Positions 40,803 to 50,639 of a DNA stretch of 64,000 nt are shown here, piece after piece (the stretch's first letter is position 1; each line of letters starts with the position of its first letter). A model generated the notes under the pieces. The model searched no databases. It was not told where the DNA came from and saw only the letters and a program-made list of their open reading frames with translations. Made by a program: the position numbers and the translations under genes. Origin of the DNA: Candidatus Dadabacteria bacterium (GTDB taxonomy: Bacteria; Desulfobacterota_D; UBA1144; Nemesobacterales; CSP1-2); contig CAWDVW010000005.1 of assembly GCA_963805855.1 (NCBI GenBank), positions 352,001 to 416,000 of the forward strand, in the 5' to 3' direction.

Positions 40803-41720
40803 ATGAAAAAATTGCGAAGCAGCATTTACTTTATAACATTCTTAATGCTCACTCTATCAATAGGTCTGTTAAGCTGTGATGGTGGTGATGGCGGTGGTGA
40901 TGGCAGTGGCGGTGGTGGCGGTCAACCGAGTGGACAAACCACAACGATAAGAGGAAACGTCGAAAGCGTAGTCGCTATGGCACCACAGAATAATAAGTCA
41001 TCCATGCTAGCAAAGATTAAAGACTTTTTCACGTTATCAAAAACAGCCAATGCCCAAGATAATCAAATAATTGTTACATTTGTAGTCGACGGGGAGGTTG
41101 TAGATGTGGTCACAGTTGAGCCTGATGGCGACTTCGAGGGTGTAGTACCTGTTTCGTTTTCCGGAAATAATGTAACCCTGGTTTTCGAGTCAGACGGAGA
41201 TGAGGAATCCGTGGTAATTTTTGTTCCTCCAGTCGACGCGGTTATAATACTGGTACTAGTCAATTTTCAAGAAGATGACATCGAAGTTGCGGATACGGAA
41301 TTTGAAGGCCCTCTACGCTGCGAAAATGCCACAATCTCTTTAGCCGCGGAGCAGGATGATGATATAGTAATTGATGGAAATGGGGGGCCTTGTGTCTTAG
41401 CCGGAAATTGCCACCTGTCGTTCGATGCAGAAAACGTCATATTTCAAGACTGCGGCGGTTGTTTTGATGCGCGTGGCAATTCGGTTCTGGAAGTGTCCGC
41501 AGTCGAGGATATAAGCTGTGATGCACCTAGTGAGTGCTTGATTGCTAGAGGTACTTCAAGCATAAACCTTTCGGCTGGCGATGAAATTGATCTTAGCTGC
41601 ATTGACGCGCGAGGCACCTCTGAGGTTATCCTTGATGCATTTTCATGTAACATAGGAGATATTGCTGCAGTTGGTAACGCCACTGTGGATACCAGCGCTT
41701 GCGACAATATTGCGTTTTAA
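40803..41720 (+). CDS. Acidic Cys-rich lipoprotein with beta-solenoid-like C-terminal repeats
   Basis: LLSC lipobox, Gly linker, repeats C.xARG.S.(I/L).L.A. Confidence 0.75.
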   Translation: MKKLRSSIYFITFLMLTLSIGLLSCDGGDGGGDGSGGGGGQPSGQTTTIRGNVESVVAMAPQNNKSSMLAKIKDFFTLSKTANAQDNQIIVTFVVDGEVVDVVTVEPDGDFEGVVPVSFSGNNVTLVFESDGDEESVVIFVPPVDAVIILVLVNFQEDDIEVADTEFEGPLRCENATISLAAEQDDDIVIDGNGGPCVLAGNCHLSFDAENVIFQDCGGCFDARGNSVLEVSAVEDISCDAPSECLIARGTSSINLSAGDEIDLSCIDARGTSEVILDAFSCNIGDIAAVGNATVDTSACDNIAF

Positions 41721-41810
41721 TGTTTTCGATAACTCAGAATCAGTTAAAGAAGACAGGATATTCCGATAAAGATACCAAGTCTTAACGTAACTCAAAAGGA
41801 GGCATGGATC

Positions 41811-42212
41811 ATGTCAATCAGAAATAGAGTCTATAAAACTTCTATAATTATTATCATTCTGTCGAGTTTCATTCCTGCTACCCTGATTTCAAAGAGTGCA
41901 GAGGGAGCAATTGTTAATTCAAAGATATTGTCGTCAGGTAACGGTAACACAGAATCAAGAGAAGTTAATCTGACTAAAATTCGAAAAATGCTTGAGAATA
42001 AGCTGGTTGCCGAAAAATTGAGAAGTCACGGGCTTTCAACTGAAGAAGTAAATAAAAAATTAGACAAAATGGGCGATGCACAGATTCATCAGCTGGCCGC
42101 ACTATCAGATAAAATAACCGCGGGAGGGGATGGCGGTGTAGCTATAGCTATTGTAGCATTAGTGATAGTCGTCATTTTTATCTTAGTACTTATAGTAATG
42201 AAGAGAATTTGA
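41811..42212 (+). CDS. PA2779-family protein, paralogue 1
   Basis: Signal peptide, L...G....EV..RL..M.D.Q.HQLA...AGG then TM helix and basic tail. Confidence 0.85.
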   Translation: MSIRNRVYKTSIIIIILSSFIPATLISKSAEGAIVNSKILSSGNGNTESREVNLTKIRKMLENKLVAEKLRSHGLSTEEVNKKLDKMGDAQIHQLAALSDKITAGGDGGVAIAIVALVIVVIFILVLIVMKRI

Positions 42213-42309
42213 TCGCATCGCTAGGAGTCTTGTGAATCCTAAAAGTACTAAATGCCGGATCGGTTAATCTGCCAAATTAAGGTTAACATCGGAGAGGAAA
42301 TAAGCGACG

Positions 42310-42717
42310 ATGCACGCCGGTAATACGGTTAATAGAGTCCTAATCATGATGGTGCTAGTCAGTTTTACCCAATTCTATTTGATTTCAAATACGGGGTATG
42401 CATCAATCGCTGATTCAAGGATGATCATGCAAAAATCTAACCAGGCAGGCAGCAGAGAGATCGACCAAAAAAAGATCAGGAGAATGCTTGAGAACAAAAT
42501 CTTAGCCAAAAGACTGAAAAGCTTTGGAATATCAGACGACGAGATATACCTAAAGATAAAGGCTATGAGCGATGAGCAGGTTCATCAGTTGGCCTCCCTT
42601 TCTGATCGTATACCCGCAGGAGGCGACGGTGGAGCAGCAGCTCTGATAGTCATTGTGACTATTGCGGTCGCCATTATTATTTTACTAGTGCTTGTAGTGT
42701 TAAATAGAAAGGGGTAA
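42310..42717 (+). CDS. PA2779-family protein, paralogue 2
   Basis: Same architecture: MSDEQVHQLASLSDRIPAGG plus TM helix and RKG. Confidence 0.85.
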   Translation: MHAGNTVNRVLIMMVLVSFTQFYLISNTGYASIADSRMIMQKSNQAGSREIDQKKIRRMLENKILAKRLKSFGISDDEIYLKIKAMSDEQVHQLASLSDRIPAGGDGGAAALIVIVTIAVAIIILLVLVVLNRKG

Positions 42718-42741
42718 ATAAAATTTGGATTTGGAAATATC

Positions 42742-43296
42742 ATGCTGTTTAAAGACTGCATTTTGCTATTAGCATTAACCTGCGTGATGCTCCTCTTCTC
42801 CTGTTCAAAAGAAACTGTTAATTCTGAACATTTATCCTCTATAAAAAGTGCTAAGATCATAAGAAACGTTCCATTTGTAAGACAGAGGGATAAGTTCTGC
42901 GGACCAGCGGCAATGGCTTCTGTCATGAACTTCTACGGGCAAAATATAAGCCAGGATCAAATAGCCAAGGAAGTTTATTCCCCGGAGCTTAAAGGGGCAT
43001 TGATTTCCGATATGGAAGATTTCGCAAGGGAAATGGGCTATAACGCTTCCACTATAAACGGCGATGAAAATACCCTTATCTCCCTCATCGACGAAAATGT
43101 CCCATCAATCATTCTGGTTGACCTGGGAATTTGGGTAGTAAGCGTTCCACATTACTATGTGGTATATGGCTACAACGAGAGTAAAGAAACTTTTATAATC
43201 AACACCGGATTCACAAGCAGCAAGGAAATCAATTTTAAAGACCTGGACAAAGAGTGGGAAAAGATGAACAGGCTCATGCTTATTGTCAGAAAGTGA
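42742..43296 (+). CDS. C39-like cysteine peptidase lipoprotein (PA2778-like)
   Basis: Lipobox FSC, NVPFVRQ..FCGPAAMA (Cys), PHYYVVYGY (His). Confidence 0.88.
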   Translation: MLFKDCILLLALTCVMLLFSCSKETVNSEHLSSIKSAKIIRNVPFVRQRDKFCGPAAMASVMNFYGQNISQDQIAKEVYSPELKGALISDMEDFAREMGYNASTINGDENTLISLIDENVPSIILVDLGIWVVSVPHYYVVYGYNESKETFIINTGFTSSKEINFKDLDKEWEKMNRLMLIVRK

Positions 43297-43886
43297 AATC
43301 GCATTTAAATAAACCGGCCTATTTGACTCTTATTATTTCTTTCATAATATCGGGGTGTGCTTACCTTCCGATAAATGTTCTATTGATGAAGGACCCTTTG
43401 ACCGCCGAAGAACACAACGACCTGGGTGTTGCGTATGAAAATGAAGGAAAGTACGAACTTGCTATCAGAGAATATAAAACCGCTCTGAAGAAAAATAATC
43501 AATTAATCGTACCATTGGTCAATATCGGTAATGTATTTCTCAAGCAGGGGAATTACTCCGAGGCTGAAAAGTACTATAAAAAGGCTCTCAGTATGGATCC
43601 ATACAATTTAGAGGCGGCCAATAACCTTGCATCACTATGTTTAATCGTTGGAAAGGGATATCAAAAAGCACTCATGCGCCTAACAAGCGCAGTGGCCTTT
43701 AATAAGGGCTTTCCGGCTTATGCGATGGATACAATGGGCGTTTTGTATTATAGATTGGATAATGTGGAGAAGGCGTTGTTTTTTCTGACCAAAGCCTGTG
43801 AGAACGCAAAAGGAAACAGTGAGCTGATTAAGGAAATCGATAATCACCTTAAGGAGATGGGTGAAAGCGGTTGTAAGAAAGAATGA
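43293..43886 (+). CDS. TPR lipoprotein
   Basis: GTG overlapping the C39 stop (GTGA), ISGC lipobox, DPLTAEEHNDLGVAYE, NNLA, DTMG. Confidence 0.85.
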   Translation: MKSHLNKPAYLTLIISFIISGCAYLPINVLLMKDPLTAEEHNDLGVAYENEGKYELAIREYKTALKKNNQLIVPLVNIGNVFLKQGNYSEAEKYYKKALSMDPYNLEAANNLASLCLIVGKGYQKALMRLTSAVAFNKGFPAYAMDTMGVLYYRLDNVEKALFFLTKACENAKGNSELIKEIDNHLKEMGESGCKKE

Positions 43887-44580
43887 AATTCACTACAGCA
43901 AGCTGCAGGGTACCACAACAGAAACTGAAATACTCACGTGTCATTGCTGTAGATGTTGGATAATCCGTGGATAAAATCCAAAATAATAAATTTTCTCGAA
44001 ATTTACTCTTCCGTCATCCTCGAACGTTCCCCGCCAGGTACATGTGAGGACAAGCTTTACCGAGGATCCACTGTTTAATGTTTTATTTTCTTTGTCTTGA
44101 TACAAAGAAACAAAAATCAAGGGCTGACAAAAAACGCCTGCGTATCGAGCGAATGCGAGATATCTATTGCTATAATTAATTAGTTCTCTCAGTCACGGAG
44201 CCTGTACTGAGCTTAGGCGAAGTATTCGACCTGACAACTTATATCCGTCGTCGTGATACCACAGTCTGTCATCTCGAACAAATGTGAGAGATCTTGTAGT
44301 TAATTCGGTAAATATAAAAACTAAGGAAAGATTTCTCTCTTCGTTCGAAATGACAATAGGCGGTCAGAAGATGGATTTCTCACGGAGCCTGTACTGAGCT
44401 ACGCCGAAGTGTTCCTTCGAGATGACAGTAATGATTGTCACTTTTCTTAACGCTTCCGGAATTGATTTTGGCAATTTTTTGAATGCCCGTTTAAGATCTA
44501 AGATATTGTCCCCGAATTATGTAACATCACAGCAATGACGGGCGAGGGGAAACGCTGTAGAACGCTGCAGGGAATTCACT
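43882..44580 (+). mobile_element. Nested non-autonomous repeat composite
   Basis: Hairpin ends as at 32981-33213; inner TIR element 43940-44539 homologous to 54046-54361; innermost part homologous to 17115-17224; 21-bp direct repeat 44193-44213/44380-44400. Confidence 0.8.
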
Positions 44581-46411
44581 TGTTAAATCTTTTTTTGTCG
44601 ATTTTTCCAGCGAGGTCGATTGCTTCCTTTACCATACCCCTAAGGATAGATAACCCACCCTGCCAGAATTCCGGATCTGTAATATCTACACCTACGCGCG
44701 ATAAAAGATTTTCGGGCGATTCACTACCGCCCGACGACAGAAGCTCAATGTATCTGGGGACAAAACTATCACTTTCCTTCAGATATTTATTGTATAAAGA
44801 CAATACCAGAAGCTCACCGAAGGAGTATGCATAACAGTAAAAGGGAGAGTGAATAAAATGAGGTATATAAGTCCACCACCATGAGTAATCGTCTGTTAGC
44901 ACTACAGAGTTTCCAAACATCTGTTTATTGGCCTCGATCCAGATTTCACTTATGCTCTCAGCTGTCAGTTCACCCTTATCTCTTCTCGCATGGTGGAGTT
45001 TTTCCTCGAATCTGGTCAGTACAACCTGTCTGAATATAGTCGCAAAAATGTCCTCAAGCTTACCGCAAAGGAGTGAAAGTCGAACCCCGGAATTCTCTTC
45101 CGATTCCATAAGCTTATGAAATACCAATATCTCACCAAAGACGCTAGCCGTCTCGGCTGTTGTGAGAGGTGTGTTACATTGAAAATATCCTCGATTTCTT
45201 GAAAGATATTGATGAATCCCGTGACCCAGCTCATGTGCCAGTGTCATGACGTCGCGGAGCTTGCCGGAGTAATTAGTAAATACATAGGGATGAACGCTTG
45301 GCACTGTGCTGTGACTAAAGGCGCCCCCCCTCTTCCCCTGTCTTATCTCAGCATCAATCCAATTTTTGTCAAAAAACTCTCGCGCGATATCGGACAGGCG
45401 AGACGAGAAATCGGCAAACGAGTCGAGGATTATCTCTTTACCTGCTTTATAATTTATTGTTATCTTTTCAGCATCGATCGGTGCATATCGGTCATAATCG
45501 TAAAACTTTTTTACGCCAAGAAGTCCTTTCTTCAGATTATAATATTCCTCTACCATATCAAAATTATTTTCACAGGACGTCATAAGGGTATCAACAGTTT
45601 CTTTATCTATCTCATTATCCAGGTGACGGGAATCCATTGGATCTCGGTAAGAACGGAGCCGGTCATCTATGGAATGGTCCTCGACCAGAGTATTGAAAAT
45701 ATAGGTAAGTACATGGATGTTCTCCCTAAGCCCTCTTGTAAGGCCTTTAGCTGCGGCCCGACGTATATCTCTTCGAGTGTCATAAAGGAGCGCGAGTGCC
45801 TCTGTTTCGGTTAGGCGCTTGATCTTCCCATCAAGTCTCACTTTAAATCGGATATTATTAATTACCTCGTCAAATAGTCTAATAAATGCCCGCGAGCCAG
45901 TGTTTGCCTTTTCATCTAAGATCTTCTCCTCGGGTTCACTCAACTTGTGTGGTTTATAACGCCTTTCCTGTTTAAGAAAGTGTCGGTAACGAGAAAGAAC
46001 CTCATCTCCTATCAGCCTATCCGCGATTTCGTCGGACAACGCTATCCATTCAAGCTCAAAAAAGATGAGGTGTTTTCTGATTTCAGTGGACCTTTCTTCG
46101 ACATATTTTAAAAACGCGCCGCGCGTGGGATTGCTCGTGTCTGCTGCGAACTCGAGATATGCATAAGAGAGTAATTTCCCTATCGTCTCAGTTACAGACT
46201 CCAGCTCCTCAAGCGCCCTCAGCAGCATAGAAGATGAAATTCCATCAGAATTTACCTTGCCTCGATACTCTATTTCAAATTCTCTTGCCGTCGATAGAGC
46301 AGTTTCCAGATCCCTTTTAATCTGGGGATCGTCCAAACCCAAATACAAGTCGGAAAGATCCCACCTAATTCCCTCAGAACCTATCAATATCCTTTCGGCA
46401 ACTTCTGTCAT
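44576..46411 (-). CDS. pepF: M3 family oligoendopeptidase (PepF-like)
   Basis: WDLSDLY, GKRGGAF, TLAHELGHGIH, AETASVFGE, HF..PFYCYAY. Confidence 0.92.
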   Translation of the reverse strand: MTEVAERILIGSEGIRWDLSDLYLGLDDPQIKRDLETALSTAREFEIEYRGKVNSDGISSSMLLRALEELESVTETIGKLLSYAYLEFAADTSNPTRGAFLKYVEERSTEIRKHLIFFELEWIALSDEIADRLIGDEVLSRYRHFLKQERRYKPHKLSEPEEKILDEKANTGSRAFIRLFDEVINNIRFKVRLDGKIKRLTETEALALLYDTRRDIRRAAAKGLTRGLRENIHVLTYIFNTLVEDHSIDDRLRSYRDPMDSRHLDNEIDKETVDTLMTSCENNFDMVEEYYNLKKGLLGVKKFYDYDRYAPIDAEKITINYKAGKEIILDSFADFSSRLSDIAREFFDKNWIDAEIRQGKRGGAFSHSTVPSVHPYVFTNYSGKLRDVMTLAHELGHGIHQYLSRNRGYFQCNTPLTTAETASVFGEILVFHKLMESEENSGVRLSLLCGKLEDIFATIFRQVVLTRFEEKLHHARRDKGELTAESISEIWIEANKQMFGNSVVLTDDYSWWWTYIPHFIHSPFYCYAYSFGELLVLSLYNKYLKESDSFVPRYIELLSSGGSESPENLLSRVGVDITDPEFWQGGLSILRGMVKEAIDLAGKIDKKRFNK

Positions 46412-46481
46412 AGACTATACTCCTCTTTCTTTTTGTGACTGTGCTTCTTCCGGCTGAAAAATTATCTGAAATAAAATGGAC

Positions 46482-47000
46482 TTATTCGGAAGCTTCCTTA
46501 ATAAAATCCAAAACATCTTGTGGGTGGCCCGAAGGTCTAACCGTTCTATACACGTTGGCAATGTTACCGGAAGGGTCAATAACTATCGTGTCTCTTGAGG
46601 CAAAACCATCTGAGACCTCAACATCAAATAACGACATTATTCTTCCGTCCACATCGGGTATTAGCGGAACCTTAAGCTTATATTTGTCTCTGAAATCACA
46701 GTGACTTTCCCTTGTATCAGTGCTGATACCATATACCGAGACGTTATTTTTTAAGAAGTCCTCATATAAATCGGTAAACTGTTTCGCCTCAATCGTACAA
46801 CCTGGTGTATCATCTTTGGGATAGAAATATAATACCACCCATTTTCCTCTTAAATTATTCGTGTCAACCAAGTTACCCTCTTCATCATTCGCACTGAATA
46901 TGGGTGCCTTATCACCCACGCGGGGCTCAGCATTCGCTAATTTAAGCGGGTAAAATGATATGACATTTAATACCAAAAGGATCTTAACTAATAATCGCAT
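46482..47000 (-). CDS. bcp: Peroxiredoxin (BCP/PrxQ) with signal peptide
   Basis: YFYPKDDTPGCTIEA. Confidence 0.9.
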   Translation of the reverse strand: MRLLVKILLVLNVISFYPLKLANAEPRVGDKAPIFSANDEEGNLVDTNNLRGKWVVLYFYPKDDTPGCTIEAKQFTDLYEDFLKNNVSVYGISTDTRESHCDFRDKYKLKVPLIPDVDGRIMSLFDVEVSDGFASRDTIVIDPSGNIANVYRTVRPSGHPQDVLDFIKEASE

Positions 47001-47013
47001 GAAACCGTCCAAA

Positions 47014-47481
47014 TTATGAAGTTTCCTTTTTCTCCAGCTCTTCCCTTACAATTCTACTGACTAACGAACCCTCTGCTCTTCCCTTAAGCCGAGGCATAAT
47101 ACTTTTCATCACTTTCCCCATATCTTTAACCGAAAGCGCGTTAACCTCATCAATTGCATTTCTAGTCTCAAGCCTTATTTCTTCCTCTTCCATCTGCTTC
47201 GGCATATACCTCATGAGTATATCCACCTCGGCTGTTTCTTTATCTGCTAGCTCTTGCCTATTTGCTTTCGTATATTCACTCACAGCCTCTTTACGCCTTT
47301 TGACTTCTCCAGATACGACCTCTATAACCTCTTCGTCGGTTAAGAACTCTTTGCCCTTTTTGATTTCAATCTCCTTGTTTCTTATTGCGGCTTGGAGCAT
47401 TCGCAGTACAGAAAGCTCAAGTTCACTCCTATTCCTGAGGGCGTTTTTTAAATCCTCTGGTATCTTTTCTCTGAGAGTCAT
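47014..47481 (-). CDS. GatB/YqeY domain protein
   Basis: LRML.AAI.N.EI, R.ELADKE..E, DMGKVM. Confidence 0.92.
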   Translation of the reverse strand: MTLREKIPEDLKNALRNRSELELSVLRMLQAAIRNKEIEIKKGKEFLTDEEVIEVVSGEVKRRKEAVSEYTKANRQELADKETAEVDILMRYMPKQMEEEEIRLETRNAIDEVNALSVKDMGKVMKSIMPRLKGRAEGSLVSRIVREELEKKETS

Positions 47482-47609
47482 ATTTAATTACCCAGTAACA
47501 ATCTACCATATACTTCAATTCAAATAAATTTAACGATACTCCAGAATGATTCAATGATGCTTGAATGGAACTCGTAGATTGAGTAATCTGATTTCCTAAT
47601 TTAAAAAGG

Positions 47610-48494
47610 ATGCTTATACCTCAATTTTATAAAGACAATTTAAAGCCAATAATCTCATTCGAGATTTTCCCCCCCAAGACAGATAAAGGAATGGAAAACC
47701 TTCAGATCATCATTCCCGAACTAATCTCGCTCAAACCCGATTTCATGACTGTAACATATGGTGCACTCGGTTCTACACAGGAAAGAACACTTGAGATCGC
47801 ATCAAAAATCAAGAACAACTATAATATGGAAACAGCATGTCATCTAACCTGCGTAGGAGCATCCAGAACCGAACTCGATTACATTATTAAACGAATCTAT
47901 GACGCGAATATCAGAAATATCGTTGCCCTCCGGGGAGACCCCCCCCACGGAGAGGAAACATTCATCACACCGCCTGATGGACTCTCCCACGCACATGAGT
48001 TAGTAAAACACATAAGACAATTCGAAGAAACGGAAGGGATCGAGCGATTTGGCATTGCTGTTGCAGGTTATCCCGAAAAGCACCTCGAGGCAGAGAGCAT
48101 GGAAAAGGATATCGCCAACCTTAAGTCGAAGATAGAAGCTGGAGCCGACGTAATTATTACTCAGCTATTCTTTGAGAATAAGTTTTTCTTAAACTTTGTA
48201 AAGAAAGTCAGGGAAGCGGGTATCAAGGTGCCCGTCATTCCTGGTCTCATGCCGATACTTTCTGTCAGGCAGATTCAGCATATCACATCGATGTGCGGTT
48301 CTAGCATACCACAAAAGCTTCAATCTGAGTTAAAATTAGCAGTAGATGACGATGATAAAGCTCAAGAAATTGGTGTTCGCCAATGTATCAGCCAGGCGAA
48401 GGAGCTGATAGCAAATGGAGCAAAAGGAATACACTTCTATGTGCTAAACAAAACAACGCATATAAGACAGATAATGGAGGCTATAAGAAGCTGA
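47610..48494 (+). CDS. metF: 5,10-methylenetetrahydrofolate reductase
   Basis: SFEIFPPK, VTYGA, HLTC, ALRGD, GYPEKH, ITQLFF, HFYVLN. Confidence 0.96.
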   Translation: MLIPQFYKDNLKPIISFEIFPPKTDKGMENLQIIIPELISLKPDFMTVTYGALGSTQERTLEIASKIKNNYNMETACHLTCVGASRTELDYIIKRIYDANIRNIVALRGDPPHGEETFITPPDGLSHAHELVKHIRQFEETEGIERFGIAVAGYPEKHLEAESMEKDIANLKSKIEAGADVIITQLFFENKFFLNFVKKVREAGIKVPVIPGLMPILSVRQIQHITSMCGSSIPQKLQSELKLAVDDDDKAQEIGVRQCISQAKELIANGAKGIHFYVLNKTTHIRQIMEAIRS

Positions 48495-48621
48495 TTAGGC
48501 TTGATCTTTATATTAAAGCCTGGATTTCGATAAAATTTATATCCATTATGATCAGCTAATTTGAGTCAAAGATCAGTATGAATTATCTTAAAGAATCTAA
48601 TCTCATTCAAACGAAGGCAAA

Positions 48622-49536
48622 ATGAAATTTGGAATCGTAATTCCGTTACACAGAGATGTCGATGCGCTTGTTAACCTTGAGCTGGCTGAGAACGCCGAAA
48701 TGCTTGGTTTTGACTCAATATGGATAAGCGATCATGTCGTTCTTCCTACAAAATACGAAGGACGATTTAGCAACGTCCTCTATGATCCCTTTGTTCTCCT
48801 CGCATCAATAGCGGCGAAGACCAAAAAGATTTCACTCGGAACCAGCATAATTATCGTTCCTTATAGAAACCCTATAGTGGTGGCAAAAATGATCTCTACG
48901 ATCGATTTGCTTTCGGAAGGAAGAATTGTTCTCGGCGTTGGTCCGGGTTGGATGGAAGAAGAATTCAATATACTGGGTATTCCATTTAATGAAAGGGGAC
49001 AACGAACCGATGAATACATAAACATCTTTAAAGAAGTTTGGGAAAAAGACGAGCCTCAATTCGAGGGAGAATTTTACAGCTTTTCCAAAATAAAGTTCTA
49101 TCCCAAACCTATTCAAAAGCCACATCCTCCCATCTGGATCGGAGGAATCAGTAAAAAGGCTATTGAACGGGCTGTCGATCAAGGAAATGGGTGGCATCCC
49201 GTATGGCTCAGTCCTGATCAGATGGAAAAGAAGATCGGTTATTTAAAAAGAATTGCTAAGGAGCAGGGAAGGAATTTAGACAATTTCGTTTTCTCTATTA
49301 GAAACAGGCTTAGAATCTTAGAAACTACCGAAGTGAAAAAACCTGATTTCAGTGAATCGAGGGGAAAGTATACCTTTTCATTTCACGGAACGACAGAAGA
49401 AATCATCCATAAGATACGGCAATTCGAATCTATAGGCGTTTCCCACATAATGTTCGATTTAGATGTAGAAAATAATAAGGAAATGTTTAATACGATTGAG
49501 CGATTTGCAAACGATATAATGCCTGTTTTTAAGTAA
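48622..49536 (+). CDS. LLM-class (putative F420-dependent) oxidoreductase
   Basis: GFDSIWISDHVV, LS.GR..LGVG.GW..EEF, PKP.QKPHPPIWIGG. Confidence 0.9.
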   Translation: MKFGIVIPLHRDVDALVNLELAENAEMLGFDSIWISDHVVLPTKYEGRFSNVLYDPFVLLASIAAKTKKISLGTSIIIVPYRNPIVVAKMISTIDLLSEGRIVLGVGPGWMEEEFNILGIPFNERGQRTDEYINIFKEVWEKDEPQFEGEFYSFSKIKFYPKPIQKPHPPIWIGGISKKAIERAVDQGNGWHPVWLSPDQMEKKIGYLKRIAKEQGRNLDNFVFSIRNRLRILETTEVKKPDFSESRGKYTFSFHGTTEEIIHKIRQFESIGVSHIMFDLDVENNKEMFNTIERFANDIMPVFK

Positions 49537-50010
49537 TTTTCTCGCAAAGCCGTTGGTTTTCGGCAGTCGGAGAATCAATCCGGAATCCACTCCGATTGTC
49601 ATCCCCGAATGTTGCCCAATCAACACATTTGGGTACAGGCCTAATCGGAGATCGATAAAATAGGTAACTGCGAGTACTTCCACTCGCTCAGCACTGGTTT
49701 CGAAGCAATCTCCTCGCTTATTGTCATAGCAAGGCGTAAAGCCCTTTCGCGGATGTCGCTATTTGTTCATTCTATTTCTGAAACTGTGATCCCTAGTAGT
49801 ATTGTTCTGAATCATGCATCCTGATTTAAAGGGTCGCGTCCCCTTTGATTACTTTGATTATTATAAAACGCCACCTTCCAGTGCAATAAATAGATCCCGT
49901 TACCGTAAAACATTGGGGCAATCTTTTGTTCGGGCATGTTCTATGTTAGCATATAAGGGGTTATAAGAGGTGCTGACTAACTAATATTAACCAAGTTGGT
50001 TAATCCTTTA

Positions 50011-50624
50011 ATGGTGAAATTCCAATCGATTAATAATAATCAAAAAGATTTCGAAGACGGTATCGAAAAAATATTACAATACGCTCAAGAAGTAGCAGAA
50101 AATATATCTTTGAGAAGAAGGATTCAAGAAGAAAAATCTATAGTTTTAAAGCACTTGACGAGAGTATGTGCAAATTGGGAAAAATTTATTGAAAGTGAAA
50201 TTACATTAGCAGCTAAGCTTGATACCACAAAAATAATCAAAGAAATGAACCTACCAAGGAATACCAGACTCAATTTACATTTAATTAGAGCTATTTTATA
50301 TTCAGATATTTTTAGGGATTTTCACGAGGTCGATAGAGCTAAAAACTTTTTTAATAAATTCATCATCGATAAATACAACCCCTATAAGAGAATTACAAAC
50401 AAACAAAAACAAGACATTAATTTGTTTATAAGCTCAGAAACTATTTATCACATTATTCAGAATTTTCAAAAAGAATGTTACGCCAGGGTTATAAGAAAAA
50501 ATATGGCTTAAGTCGCTTTACTGAACCGGGGCAGTTCTTATTGTCAAATAATTGCAAAAGATTTCAGGAGCTTATTTCGAGTTTCAAGTATGCTTCAGTA
50601 AACATGAAAAATATTTATAAGTAA
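50011..50624 (+). CDS. HEPN-domain protein (MAE_28990/RiboL-PSP-HEPN-like), one frameshift near 50426
   Basis: ANWEKFIE N-terminal motif; adding one T to the T-run at 50425-50427 gives DINLFYKLRNYLSH (RxxxxH), open to TAA 50622-50624. Confidence 0.7.
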
Positions 50625-50639
50625 GTCAATAAAATCAAG

